The position numbers and the translations under genes were made by a program. Below, one piece after another: positions 25,712 to 37,649 of a stretch of 64,000 nt of DNA. Source of the DNA: Macrostomum lignano (Eukaryota). Below the pieces are notes generated by a model. That model made no database searches. It was not told the DNA's origin and saw only the letters and a program-made list of their open reading frames with translations. Within the stretch, counting starts at the first letter, position 1. Every line of letters begins with the position of its first letter. The stretch is taken from positions 372,001-436,000 of the forward strand of contig NIVC01000085.1 in NCBI GenBank assembly GCA_002269645.1, given 5' to 3'.

Positions 25712-26400
25712 CATGGGAGTCTCCTGTTAGACATGGGAGTCTCCTGTTAGACATGGGAGTCTCATGTTAGACATGGGAGTCACCTGTTAGACATGGGAGT
25801 CTCCTGTTAGACAAGGGAGTCTTCTGTTGAACATGGGAGTCTCCTGTTTGATATGACAGTCTTCTTTACTCTTCTCTCTCAACCCTCTCATATCCAGCAA
25901 AGTTATCATAATTTTCTAGTAGGTTACATGCAGGCGTATATTGGTGACTTGTTAATTCATGCATGTCATGTCGCTTTGTCCCCATCTTTGTGAGATTCTG
26001 GTGAAACTCGGGTGAGATTCTGGTGAGGGTAAGATCAGGGGAAAGGGCGTAGAATAGAAGGTAAGATGGGGTTCGTAGGTTTCATGCTATTGTTAATTTG
26101 CTCGATGAATTCATGTACTGTTTATGACCGATTCTTCACAGCTACCCTACATGTGCGAGTTATGATCATGCTTGTCTATGAGCTACATGTACTACATCTC
26201 CTATGACCTATTGAGCATGACCCCAATTGTCTATGACCTACTGAGCATGACCCCAATTGTATATGACCTACTGAGCATGACTCGTGTGATTTTTGCAGGT
26301 CGACCGATAATGACCAGCAATTGCTGTCCGCCTTGAATGTCTATGGCCAGGAGCCCCGTGAACGACGTCCGTGGCCGTAGATTGCAGTATATAGCTTGTA

Positions 26401-27286
26401 TACCTTTTCCACTCCAAGTATGTCACAAGTAACTTCAAATCTGCCGTAGATAGCAGAAAGGCATACATTCAGCTCGCAAGCCGAGCGCCAACTTAAGAGT
26501 CTATGGTTAAAGCTCAGATCAATTCTGTCAAAAGTAACTTCAAATCTGTCCACTGAACAGATAGGGAGTTGGAACCAAAGCAGTAAAGACTAGAAAACTT
26601 CTTTATAGACAGACCCAGATTTTAACAGTGAAACTTATTCGTCTATGGCAATCTTATATATAAATTCTGTCACAAGTAAGTTCAAATCTGTCAGAGATAT
26701 ATATGTTGACAGCAACGCGAGTTCACAACAATTTTTTCTTGCCTTACCCACCATGCCCTATGCAAGAATATGCTTAATAGACAGGCAGCGCCTGGTTAAC
26801 AGCTACAACACTGGACGGGACTGGAGGAGACTGGCCATTGACCTCGGAATCAAAAGGACCACCGCAAACTTGATCCTAAAGCATTCAGACTGAGCATTCT
26901 GATTCGCGAATTGCATGCCAGCATGCCTCATCTGACACATGACCACTGCCTACGATGGCACCTGCACACGTTGAGTTACGGACAGGCCTGCTTGGATCGT
27001 CGCGATATTTTTGTTTGAAATATCTATGCAACTGATTGACTGTAGCAGACATGTTAGCATAGTGAATTACAGAATTTGTTGCTTTAATTTGAGAGCACTG
27101 TTCAAAATAAACCTTTGTTTCGTTATCTGTTCAGTGGACAGATTTGAAATTACTTTTGACAGAATTGATCTGAGCTTTAACCATAGACTCTTAAGTTGGC
27201 GCTCGGCTTGCGAGCTGAATGTATGCCTTTCTGCTATCTACGGCAGATTTGAAGTTACTTGTGACAGACTTGGAGTGGAAAAGGTA
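26401..27286 (+). mobile_element. Internally deleted Tc1/mariner-superfamily DNA transposon
   Basis: 163-bp TIRs (26401-26563 and 27124-27286), TA on both flanks; internal ORF remnant DRQRLVNSYNTGRDWRRLAIDLGIKRTTANLIL resembles a transposase N-terminal HTH. Confidence 0.8.
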
Positions 27287-27966
27287 TATTTTAGCAGGTA
27301 TAAACTATAATCATGTGAAGAACCTATTTCTATTAAATCCATGCCTTACTGTTACAAGCTTATCAACAGAGTCGAGAATCCGTCCAAGTTGTTCTCAGAC
27401 ATCCGGACACTTCCGTTTCGTACATAGCCATTAATAATCATTTATAGCCATTCATAGCCATTTTTAGCCATTCATAACCATTCATAGCCATTCATAGCCA
27501 TTCATAGCCATTCATAACCATTCATAAACATTCATAAATATTCATAAAAATTCATAGCCATTTATCATTGTTTCAGACAGAATCGCCTCAATATAAATAC
27601 GACGTATTGATATGAGCAGGTATATATATGTAGAAGATTAAACATGGACTTTTTAGGAATTTATAAAAGTACATGGAGCTGCATAAAAATTAACATAACG
27701 ATTATCCCGAAAAATACTTGAATATAACCGAATAGAATCCCTGAGAACGGAGTCAATGTCTATAATATGTGATCAAATATTTTCCTTCATATCTTTATTC
27801 AGTTTAACGCTAATTTAAATCAGTTACTAAGCGTCTGTAATAAATAAACGGTGTTAATTAGTATTTGCTTGTTAAAAGATGCGCGCAACTTTGCTGCCAT
27901 TCGATATCTTAATCAAATTCATTCAGCTTGTAAACTACTACTAGTAGTTTAAATGAGTTTCCAATT

Positions 27967-28461
27967 CTATCCATTTCTGTCGGTGAGCGGCACCACAATC
28001 ACTGGCCGGTGCGCATGGTGAACAACATAGTCCGATACGCTGCCAAGCATGGTTCGTTGAAGTCGTTTCAATCCGCGAGTGCCCATTAGAATGGCGGCAG
28101 CGTCTAGTTCTGTTGCCATGGCAACAATCGCCTTGCCCGGTTCGGCTTCGTACTTGTCAATGAACTTGACGGAGTCTGCTGGCAAGCCCAACTGTTGGCA
28201 GAGTGCCAAGCAGCGTTTGCGCACCCTGTCGATCTGGGCTGACGATTCTTGCATCAGCTGGGTGTACAGCTCCGTCTTGGACATCTTCAAGGTCGTGTTG
28301 CCGCGCGGCAGCGGCGGGGCTTCAACTGAATAAAAGATCACCAGCTGATGTCGAATGTCTCTTTCAGCATTGAGTCTGGCGAACCAGCCCAGAGCGGCCT
28401 GGCTGTTCTCACTGTTGTCGTAGGCGAGTAGAAACACGGTGGGCTGCTGGGGCGAGGCCAT
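27967..28461 (-). CDS. Universal stress protein (UspA-domain), 164 aa, intronless
   Basis: FLLAYDNSENS start strand and GTRG-LKRLQRTML-GS (G-2x-G-9x-GS ATP-binding signature) followed by SDYVVHHAHRPVIVVP. Confidence 0.93.
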   Translation of the reverse strand: MASPQQPTVFLLAYDNSENSQAALGWFARLNAERDIRHQLVIFYSVEAPPLPRGNTTLKMSKTELYTQLMQESSAQIDRVRKRCLALCQQLGLPADSVKFIDKYEAEPGKAIVAMATELDAAAILMGTRGLKRLQRTMLGSVSDYVVHHAHRPVIVVPLTDRNG

Positions 28462-28744
28462 GGCCTATGAGCAGTATATGAGCAGCTTGTGCTATCGCTC
28501 AGCATAAAACTCTTTAGTTACATTACTTATAAATAAAATCTCACAACAAAATTTCTCTCTCTCTCTCTCTCTCTGATAAGAAAGAGCTGTTGGTTTGGTC
28601 ATATTTGTATTCGTACTCGATACGGTTTGAACAAATTTGAACTCTCGAGAGCCTCTACACGAATGTTGCACTGACAAACTGCACACGATTCAAAGGGGAC
28701 AAAAAAGCAGAAAAACGAAAACGAACCGTAAATTGCGAACCGGA

Positions 28745-29450
28745 GAAGGGGAGTGAGGAGGGAATAGAGATAGGAGAGATGAGAGAAAAGGAGGAGAGGA
28801 GAGAAGAGGAAAGAAGGGAGAGAAGAGGAAAGAAGGGAGAGAAGAGGAGAGAAGGGAGAGAAGAGGAAAGAAAGGAGAGAAGAGGAGAGAAGGGAGAGAA
28901 GAGGAGAGAAGGGAGAGAAGGGAGAGAAGGGAGAGAAGGGAGAGAAGGGAGAGGAGGAGAGAAGGGAGAGGAGGGGAGAGAAGGGAGAGAAGGGAGAGAA
29001 GGGAGAGAAGAGGAGAGAAGGGAAAGAAGAGGAAAGAAGGGAGAGAAGAGGAGAGAAGGGAGAGAAGAGGAGAGAAGAGGAGAGAAGGGAGAGAAGAGGA
29101 GAGAAGGGAGAGAAGAGGAGAGAAGGGAGAGAAGAGGAGAGAAGGGAGAGAAGGGAGAGAAGAGGAGAGAAGAGGAGAGAAGGGAGAGAAGAGGAGAGAA
29201 GGGAGAGAAGAGGAGAGAAGGGAGAGAAGAGGAGAGAAGGGAGAGAAGAGGAGAGAAGGGAGAGAAGGGAGAGAAGAGGAGAGAAGGGAGAGAAGAGGAG
29301 AGAAGGGAGAGAAGGGAGAGAAGAGGAGAGAAGGGAGAGAAGGGGAGAGAAAAAGAAAGAGAAGAGAGGAAGAGGAGAGGGGAGAAGGGGAGAAAAGCGA
29401 CATGAGATAAAAGAAGGGAGAAGGGGAGATGAGAGAGAAGAGAGCTGAGA
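28745..29450. repeat. GA-rich simple repeat
   Basis: Purine tract; similar tracts at 40780-41390 and 56320-56565. Confidence 0.95.
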
Positions 29451-29454
29451 AGAG

Positions 29455-29570
29455 ACACAAACCTTAAGCGGGACGGATTGCCATTGTGCAGTTTCAAAAG
29501 GACCCGAGGCCCGGATAGAGAGGCTTTGCAGGCCGCATGTGGCCCGCGGGCCGGAGCTTGCGGACCCCCG
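29455..29570 (-). mobile_element. hAT-like transposon end (dispersed repeat; copies end at 41511, 49166, 56695)
   Basis: Minus strand reads C(A/G)GGGGTCC(G/A)CAA...CCGCG(A/G)GCCACA(A/T)GCGGCC, typical of hAT non-autonomous termini; flanked by CTCTAAGC/CTCAAGAC; each copy follows a GA-rich tract. The other end was not found. Confidence 0.55.
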
Positions 29571-29954
29571 CTCAAGACAAAATAGTTATTGAGGGCGGCA
29601 ATTAGCCAGCAACAGTTTTCACTTAATTTGAGCCGTGCAGCAATTATAGCAGATTAACAAGAAACAACTAAAGTCAGAAAGTGTTGTATTTGTCCAGCTG
29701 GCCCACTTAAGCAAGAAAAGTCAGAAAATTCCCAGGAAATTTGGTAAAATTTTACACAGCAACATTTTTTGTCAATGTCGCTCACTGCACAGAGCAAATT
29801 TACGTGACACTGCATGCTTACTGGCAGATCCCGGTTTTATTTAGGAAAACGCTGGAATAACAAATTTAATAATCTGCTAATTGCCCTCAATCTTAATCTT
29901 ATGTCTAAGTGTGTCTCTGTGTCAGTCTGTTTTTGCACCTGTCTGCATGAAAAA

Positions 29955-30550
29955 ATGAGGGCCTGCGGTGCCAAAATGAGTGCCTGCGGCGCCAAAATGA
30001 CTGCCTGCGGCGCTAAAATGAGTGCCTGCGGCGCCAAAATGACTGCCTGCGGCGTTAAAATGAGTGCCTGCGGCGCCAAAATGACTGCCTGCGGCGCCAA
30101 AGTGACTGCCTGCGGCGCTAAAATGAGTGCCTGCGGTGCCAAAATGAGTGCCTGCGGCGCCAAAATGAGTGCCTGCGGTGCCAAAATGAGTGCCTGCGGT
30201 GCCAAAATGAGTGCCTGCGGCGCCAAAATGACTGCCTGCGGCGCTAAAATGAGTGCCTGCGGTGCCAAAATGAGTGTCTGCGGTGCCAAAATGACTGCCT
30301 GCGGCGCTAAAATGAGTGCCTGCGGTGCCAAAATGAGTGCCTGCGGCGCCAAAATGAGTGCCTGCGGTGCCAAAATGAGTGCCTGTGGCGCCAAAATGAG
30401 TGCCTGCGGCGCCAAAATGAGTGCCTTCGGTGCCAAAATGAGTGCCTGCGGTGCCAAAATGAGTGCCTTCGGTGCCAAAATGAGTGCCCGAGGCGCTAAA
30501 ATGAGTGCCTGCGGCGCCAAAATGAGTGCCTGCGGCCCCAAAATGAGTGC
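29955..30550. repeat. 21-bp minisatellite (CCAAAATGAGTGCCTGCGGCG)
   Basis: About 28 units; explains three overlapping spurious ORFs. Confidence 0.95.
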
Positions 30551-30965
30551 TGACAACACCGATTCTCAAAACTAATGCAGAAATTTAGTCAATTCTTGGC
30601 TTCGAGTCCCCCTCCCCCTTACCATGAAATCCATGGCGATAAAAACCCTGCATATTGCGAACAGTAAACAAAATAATAGTGTTTTTGTTAACAGATGTTG
30701 CCTTCTGCTGCTATCAGTTCAATGCTAAAAATGAGTCTCTGTTATTTTCGTCATAATTGCAATCTAAAAAGCTGTGGAAATGCCGATCTGCTCAAATTTT
30801 TTTTCAGAGCCCAGCTGAATCGCTGGCTGCCAGTCAATTCTAGCCCACAATTTATGCACCTGTTCGTTCCATTAAGGTTCATATAAAGACGCATTCAAGT
30901 CTACTCTGATAAACTGCTAGGTGCATACCGGAGGTAACCTGTAGTTTTTATCATTTTTCCATGAA

Positions 30966-33091
30966 ATGGTGCGCCAAAATTTGGTTGCCCAAATAAAACT
31001 GGCCTTTTTAGCCCTGATTGTCAGCATATCGACCATTTGCATCGTTTCTACGGTCAGAAAGAACCAAAATTATCAACAGAGAGCATGCTTAGCAAATAAT
31101 CAAACAACAAGTCAGTCAAGGATGACGACAGCAATGAGAAATTTCAGCACCACTCCTGTTCCTACCGTGAAACCTCTAAGACCAGTCAGACCTCCCAGCT
31201 GCGACTACCACCAGGAGCTATCGACGCTGAACTTCCTCGAAGACGACTCTCTGCGCTGGAATCTGTGTCGAAAAGTTGACGCCACTGAAAACTTCCCAGC
31301 CTACAATATCCGTCGAAGGCGATTCCCGTTGTGCCGACTGGTTGACAGTTTGCCGACAGCGGTGATGAAGGTTCGATTTGTCGAATTTATTTTTTTTACA
31401 ATAAGACACAAACCTCAAAATTTCACGATTTTCAACACTAAAACAGTGTTAGAGAAAGTTCTAATCACACTATTTTGTGCCTCACATGTCGGCTAACGAC
31501 GCATTAAACGATTTTTCGTATTAAATTGGTCTTGTCATTAATTTTAAACGTTTTTTCAAGTGACAGACCAATTTAACATGAAAAATCGTTTAATGCGTCG
31601 TTAGCCGACATGTGAGGCACAAAATAGTGTGATTAGAACTTTCTCTGACACTGTTAAGAGACCCAATCACTGTTATAGTGTTGAAAATCGTGAAATTTCC
31701 TATCTCCGTAGTGTATTTTTCCGGTGAAACCTGCCTTTAAAACTATTTCTGAACGAAAAGCTTCATGAATATCGATAGAGCAATAAGAAAGGCACAACAT
31801 ATCAAAAGATGAACACTGGATCCGCCTCCTATCAAAAGCAATAACAATTTTTGTGCTGAAAAAATTAAAACCTCCTATTTCTGTAGTGTATTTTTCGGCG
31901 AAAAGTTGCCTTCAAAACATTTACCATAGATTTCGAGTGTAACGTCCTATATATGTTACTGGAGTAGTCCTTGGTCATAAAGCATCGCGTACGGAAAGCC
32001 TTTGAAGAGGATATCCGAATTAAAAAATCCTCCACAACCAGCACTGACGGCAATTCATTCCAGAGCACAACCACTCGATCACTGGCCAATTTCCGTGCAC
32101 AAAGCTCCAAAATTAATGTCAACGCTCACGGAATCACTCGCGGCAATTTTACCACCGATCTGCTCTGCAGATATGACTTTTCACTAAGCACCACTAGAAG
32201 TGATAGGTTTAGTATCTTATAACTACATGCAAGCATTAAAACTCGCTTAAAATTGCAGGAAGTATCCAAACTAGCAGTTCAATTGAAGCTTCATAACAGA
32301 GCTACGAATCGTTTGATACCAATTTACGGCTACAATACGACTTTATCTCCCAAACGATTGCCAGACGACACACCTGGGAGCCGGTCCTTGTCCATCAGTT
32401 GATCCACATCAGCCTCAATTTGAAAGGAAAAGGCCGCACCGTCTCCTTCCTGGACGTGGGGAGCAACATTGGAGTGTACAGCCTGTCTGCACGAGACGCC
32501 GGTCTGACCACGGTGGCGGTGGACGCGAATTTGCGCAACCTCGCTCGGATTCGTCTGGCAGCTTCGGCCATGCGGTTGCCCTCACCCGATCCTCAACTGG
32601 CCCTCGTGTGGGCCTACTTCTCCGACCGGGTCGGTCTGCGCTACCTGCAATTCTCTACAAAGTTCTGCAACGTAGGAGGAGCCGGCGCCGAGAATAAGTT
32701 CGATGCGGAAGGCGGCTTCTGGGCCACCGACACCGTGCCCGTGATGACAGCCACCGGAGACGACCTCCTGCCGCTGATTTCAACAGACCTGGTTGTGGCA
32801 AAGATTGACATTGAGACCAGCGAGAACATCTTCCTGAGTACGGGCCAGCGACTCTTCAGTGAGCATCGCATTGTGGTAGTGCAGATGGAGTGGTGGCGGG
32901 CGAGTCATTCAATTCCGGCGTCTGAGAGTCCGAACTACCGCTCGATTGTTGAGTTCTTCGCGAGGAGAAACTACACTCTGCTGTCGGCGACCACGCGGAA
33001 ACGGCTGGATCTGAGCAAATTTTACGACTGGGATACTTTGTGGGTTCGAGGAGACTACCTGAGCATTGTGGAAGCCATGCTGCGAAGATGA
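30966..33091 (+). CDS. FkbM-family SAM-dependent methyltransferase with N-terminal signal anchor; likely join(30966..31370,32300..33091)
   Basis: Hydrophobic LAFLALIVSISTICIV segment; exon 2 has DFISQTI...WEP, FLDVGSNIGVYS (motif I) and VAKIDIE; phase-0 junction plausible but exact splice sites uncertain. Confidence 0.75.
31418..31698. mobile_element. Foldback/MITE-like inverted repeat in the methyltransferase intron
   Basis: Arms of ~120 bp (AAATTTCACGATTTTCAACAC...TGTCA / TGACA...GTGTTGAAAATCGTGAAATTT) around a ~23-bp spacer. Confidence 0.8.
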
Positions 33092-33478
33092 CGACTAGTA
33101 GGTTGACGGATGTACTGGATACTCCTTGTAAACTGGAGAGGAAATATGTCGATTTAATTGTTACTAGGAGGTTAAGGGTTTGTTAAAGTTGGCTACAAAC
33201 TTGGAAGTGCATTTGCTTGCTTTTAGTTCTAAATCTAAAGAAAACTTGCAAAGCTGGTTTGATTTTGAAGAAAAATTTTGCTGATGCCATCAGTTTCTCA
33301 ATTTCTGAATTTGTTTATTTGCTAGGCAAATCCAAGACTCTTTTTCATTTAAAACTGTGGTTGTATTTTTTGATTAAAGAGAAAAACACGCACTGTTTCG
33401 CTGCTAAAACTCGACCGGAAAAGTGAAAGGCGCTGCGCATGCACACACAGGTGCGCGCTTTACTTCTGCCAACCAGCC

Positions 33479-35908
33479 ATGAAGTAAACAAGCCAGTTCC
33501 AATCCAGCTTCACACCCTTATGGCTTTTCTGCCCCATATAAGCCCTATCAAAATACATTGGATCAAGCAGGTTGCCGTATAAGAGAAAGTCAAACGGCTC
33601 CGCAGGCGCGTCTGAAGTCGAGATGGGCAACTCGGCGTTTGTGCAACGAATTCGCGAGCGTGAAGAGCTGCGACGGGAGAGCAGACGCGAGGAGTTGCTG
33701 GCATTTGCCGAAAGCTGCCAGCAGTTGCAGGCTGAAACAGTCGACAATGCCAAAGCACTACTTGGTCGGCAGTTGCTGAAGTCTGCAGAAGGCAGTGTTG
33801 CAGAGTTTGCCAATATCACTCGGTAAGAAAGAAGTACTTAGAGTCATTTGTAGTGACGTGTTTGACTATTGCGCAGTATTTTCGTGCAGTTCATGCACAT
33901 GAGAACAGATCGCTGAAGCAGAGTATGTGCGCGTGACTGACGAAAATAAAATCAAGTCTTGAAGGCTGTTGTACTACGCTACTGTGCCTTAATTTTGCAG
34001 GTACATTGTACGTGCATTGTACAAGCATTAGGCAGGATTTTTTATTGGGGGAGGGAAGCGCAGGTGTTGGCGATAGTGAGGGGTTTTGCACCAAGGGGCT
34101 TTAGAACCAAGGGGCTTTAGCAGCAAGGGGCTTTAGCACCAAGGGGTTTTAGCACCAAGGGGCTTTAGCACCAAGGGGCTTTAGCACCAAGGGGCTTTAG
34201 CACCAAGGGGCTTTAGCACCAAGGGGATTTAGCACCAAGGGGCTCTAGCACCAAGGGGATTTAGCACCAAGGGGCTTTAGCACCAAGGGGATTTAGCACC
34301 AAGGGGCTTTAGCACCAAGTTAGCTCGGACCTTCAAGCAATCAACGTGCACTTTAAACCGAATAACTTGCCTCTAGAATAATTTTTCGACATCAAACTTT
34401 CGATGTAGGGTTGGCGACTTGGGACACAGGCTTTAGAAACGCGAAAAAACGCTATTGCGAATCTCGAAGTCACGCAAGCAAAACAGATAAAACCGCTCTC
34501 CGAAATCCACTAAGCAGAGATCAGGCATCGAACTCGCTCGACGACAGCGAAGTCAATGACAATGAACTCAGCAGCTTCGGCGACTTTGCTGCCGCTCCCA
34601 GCCGGCTGGACCCGCTGGTCGAGAAGCGAATCGAACGGCTGAGACGCGAGAGCTACCGAGATGAGGTGGAGAATCTGGGCGCAGCTACTGGCGTGGGCTA
34701 CTACGATCACGGAGACCTTGGCAGAGAGGATCCGACTAGGAATCGCGGTGAGCAGTTCAACTGAGAATATGGTAGTGATTTGCCTTCGATGGGACAGGCT
34801 ATCGATGGGGCAGGCTATCGATGGGACAGGCTATCGATGGGACAGGCTATCGATGGGACAGGCTATCGATGGGACAGGCTATCGATGGGACAGGCTATCG
34901 ATGGACAGGCTATCGATGGGACAGGCTATCGATGGGACAGGCTATCGATGGGACAGGCTATCGATGGGACAGGCTATCGATGGGACAGGCTATCGATGGG
35001 ACAGGCTATCGATGGGACAGGCTATCGATGGGACAGGCTATCGATGGGACAGGCTATCGATGGGACAGGCTATCGATGGGACAGGCTATCGATGGGACAG
35101 GCTATCGATGGGACAGGCTATCGATGGGACAGGCTATCGATGGGACAGGCTATCGATGGGACAGGCTATCGATGGGACAGGCTATCGATGGGACAGGCTA
35201 TCGATGGGACAGGCTATCGATGGGACAGGCTATCGATGGGACAGGCTATCGATGGGACAGGCTATCGATGGGACAGGCTATCGATGGGACAGGCTATCGA
35301 TGGGACAGGCTATCGATGGGACAGGCTATCGATGGGACAGGCTATCGATGGGACAGGCTATCGATGGGACAGGCTATCGATGGGACAGGCTATCGATGGG
35401 ACAGGCTATCGATGGGACAGGCTATCGATGGGACAGGCTACCAATGCAGACAACCTGACTCACAAGCAGGAACCACTCAATCGATCCCTCCCCGTCAGAG
35501 ATTCTCTACAACCAGTCTGATGACTACGAGGTTCAAGCGTCCAGTGGTGACGCTACCGCGACAGCGGCGGCTGCCTCCCTGCAGCAGCAGCAACAGCTGG
35601 CCGCCAGAGCGGACGATGACGAACATTTCTACTCCGCGGGAGATCTGCAGAGGTCAAGGAGCAACTCGCCAACGCTGATGGGCGGCGCATCTGAGTCAGC
35701 TTTCGAAGGTGCCGGAGCATTCGACGCTGCGCCGATGTCGACTTCAACTCCGGCCTCATCGTCTGCATCGCTGTACTCGGCGTACTCCGAAGATGACGGC
35801 AGCAGCTGCTGCAGCGACGACCACCAGGTGCTCGACTACCTGGAGGAAGAGGATGATGAAGGGCGAGACTACGAAGAAAATGCCGGTGCAGACGATCAGG
35901 ATCAGTAG
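33479..35908 (+). CDS. Gene E: uncharacterised protein with coiled-coil-like N-terminus and acidic/Ser-rich C-terminus; join(33479..33483,33571..33822,34518..34747,35499..35908), 298 aa
   Basis: Splice phases 2,2,1 all match and total 897 nt is divisible by 3; first micro-exon is tentative (ATG 33623 is the alternative start). No family recognised. Confidence 0.65.
34090..34320. repeat. 16-bp minisatellite (CCAAGGGGCTTTAGCA) in gene E intron
   Basis: Direct reading; shares core AGCACCA with the 15-bp array at 57367-57975. Confidence 0.93.
34790..35440. repeat. 16-bp minisatellite (ATCGATGGGACAGGCT), intronic
   Basis: Paralogous shorter array at 42638-43060. Confidence 0.95.
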
Positions 35909-36685
35909 TTTTCAGTTAGAAACGGTTGATCTCGTCAAAGTTAGTGCTCGTGCTCAAATTTTTCCTAATACCCTTCCAGAATTCAAATTGGAACAATTAA
36001 AAGCAACAAATTATTGTGTGACAAACTAAAATAATTGATTGAAATGTTAATTTGTCAAAGTTGAGTTCGAAAGTTGCATGTACAAAACTCACACACAGTG
36101 AGAGTGAGAGTGAGATTTGGGAACGCTTTCATAAGACCTAAATGTCACAACGCCTAAAACCAAAAATGCAGCCTTCTTCACATCGCCTAAATTTAATAAC
36201 GCCTAAATTTAATAACGCCTAAAGTCTTCATGCTTTTAGACATTGTGAAATTTAGGCGACGTGAAATTTAGGCGATGTGAAATTTAGGCGATGTGAAATT
36301 TAGACATTGTGAAGCGCCCCCAAAATTTGTATAGCAAAACGCAGCAAAAACCATAAATTACTGGAACTGTTGCGACTGTAATCGCATGTACATTGTAGCT
36401 AAAGAGAGCACATCTGCACTTGATAAGCAGTCTGCAATGATGAAGAATTGAAAATATTTCTGATTTGGCTGTAAAATATTAACTGCTGCATGTTGTTGCC
36501 GTGGAGTTTGCAATTGTTTCCGTTTTTGCTCTCAGCTTTAAAGCGTCCGAACTTTCTGGATGCCCCTCGTATGCTAGCAACCAGATATTAATAAAATATT
36601 AAAAAATCCGTGGATCTATCTATTTCAGCTTCAAAGCAGCTAAGAACGTTTACTCTGTCTTAAAGCGGTTGCTTCCTTCTCTCTC

Positions 36686-36930
36686 AGTGGTTTTAGCCTA
36701 ATGGTTAGAGCGCAGTACTCATAACTGAAGGTCGGGGGTTCGATATCCGATCCAACTAGGAACAATCTGAGTCCTTGAGCAAGAGACACTTAACTCTGCG
36801 TAATTGAGGGTGTGTGTGCAACCCCCCCCCCCAGTCCTTGGACTGAACAGCCGTACGCAGCCTTCAGTTGCGCCGCGCAATAGCTGCGGCTGAGCTGTCG
36901 GTTGCACATCTGGCCATTAGGCAAGAGTCT
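36686..36930 (+). mobile_element. tRNA-derived SINE with CORE-like central domain
   Basis: A box TAGCCTAATGG, B box GGTTCGATATCC, then GTCCTTGAGCAAGA(GA)CACTTAAC; fuller copies continue CTTCAGTTCACCCAGCTGTAAAATGGG, resembling the MIR/CORE domain. Further copies 44486-44760 (+), 50345-50545 (+), 40445-40670 (-), 56000-56225 (-). Confidence 0.82.
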
Positions 36931-37649
36931 TCAATTATTACACACAGCTCTGCACCAAGAACTAAAAGCAAAATCGCTTAGCAATTGAGACTAATATTTA
37001 ACGGTAATGAACAGACAATAGATTATACAAAATTGAATGTATCTGAGAGAGAATTGAGGAGGGATTGGGTGAGAGGAGAAAGAAAACGTGAAAAGGGAAG
37101 AAGGCGACCCGAGTTTTTGTCGATCCAACACTGCATTCCCCGTGCATTTCCAACAGAGCTCAGAAATGTGAAATCACTGAGGCTCACGGGATCACTCAAC
37201 ACTCAAGACTCTATGAAAAATGTGTGTGCAAAGATTTTCAACTTTCAATTGAAAATCAAATTGAAGATTATTCATAATTGATTACTGCATATATTTGTAT
37301 TATTTTCAACACTATCACAGGCGCAAAAAAATAATTTGAAAGGAAAAGGAGGCAATTATAAAATATGGTTGTTACATAATAGTGAGACAAAAATTACGCA
37401 TCTCTTTTAATAAACTCAAAACTTATGTGCGATTTCAAAAATCGAAAATCCTAAGAAAGAGAGATTAGAATCTCGGGCTCTTGACAACTAACCATCAAAA
37501 AACGTAAACATAACGGTTGAGGGAGAGAATATTGTAGCTGCCAAGCAGGAGAGCGGAAAAATAATTTTTAATATTTTAAATTAAAATATTTTTACTGTTT
37601 AGAAATTATGATATAGGATATATGAACCTGAATACATCACATCAGTGGC

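Noticed and set aside
28655-30575. Long ORFs such as 28655..29575, 29814..30575 (also 34661-35678, 37622-38380, 51277-53231, 57263-58083, 60149-61811)
   Set aside because: Stop-free frames of simple repeats or minisatellites, open in several frames and strands; most lie in introns.
36686-36760. tRNA-Met-like sequence (CTCATAA loop), also at 44486
   Set aside because: Acceptor and T stems do not pair and it continues into a repeated CORE-like body; it is a SINE head, not a tRNA gene.
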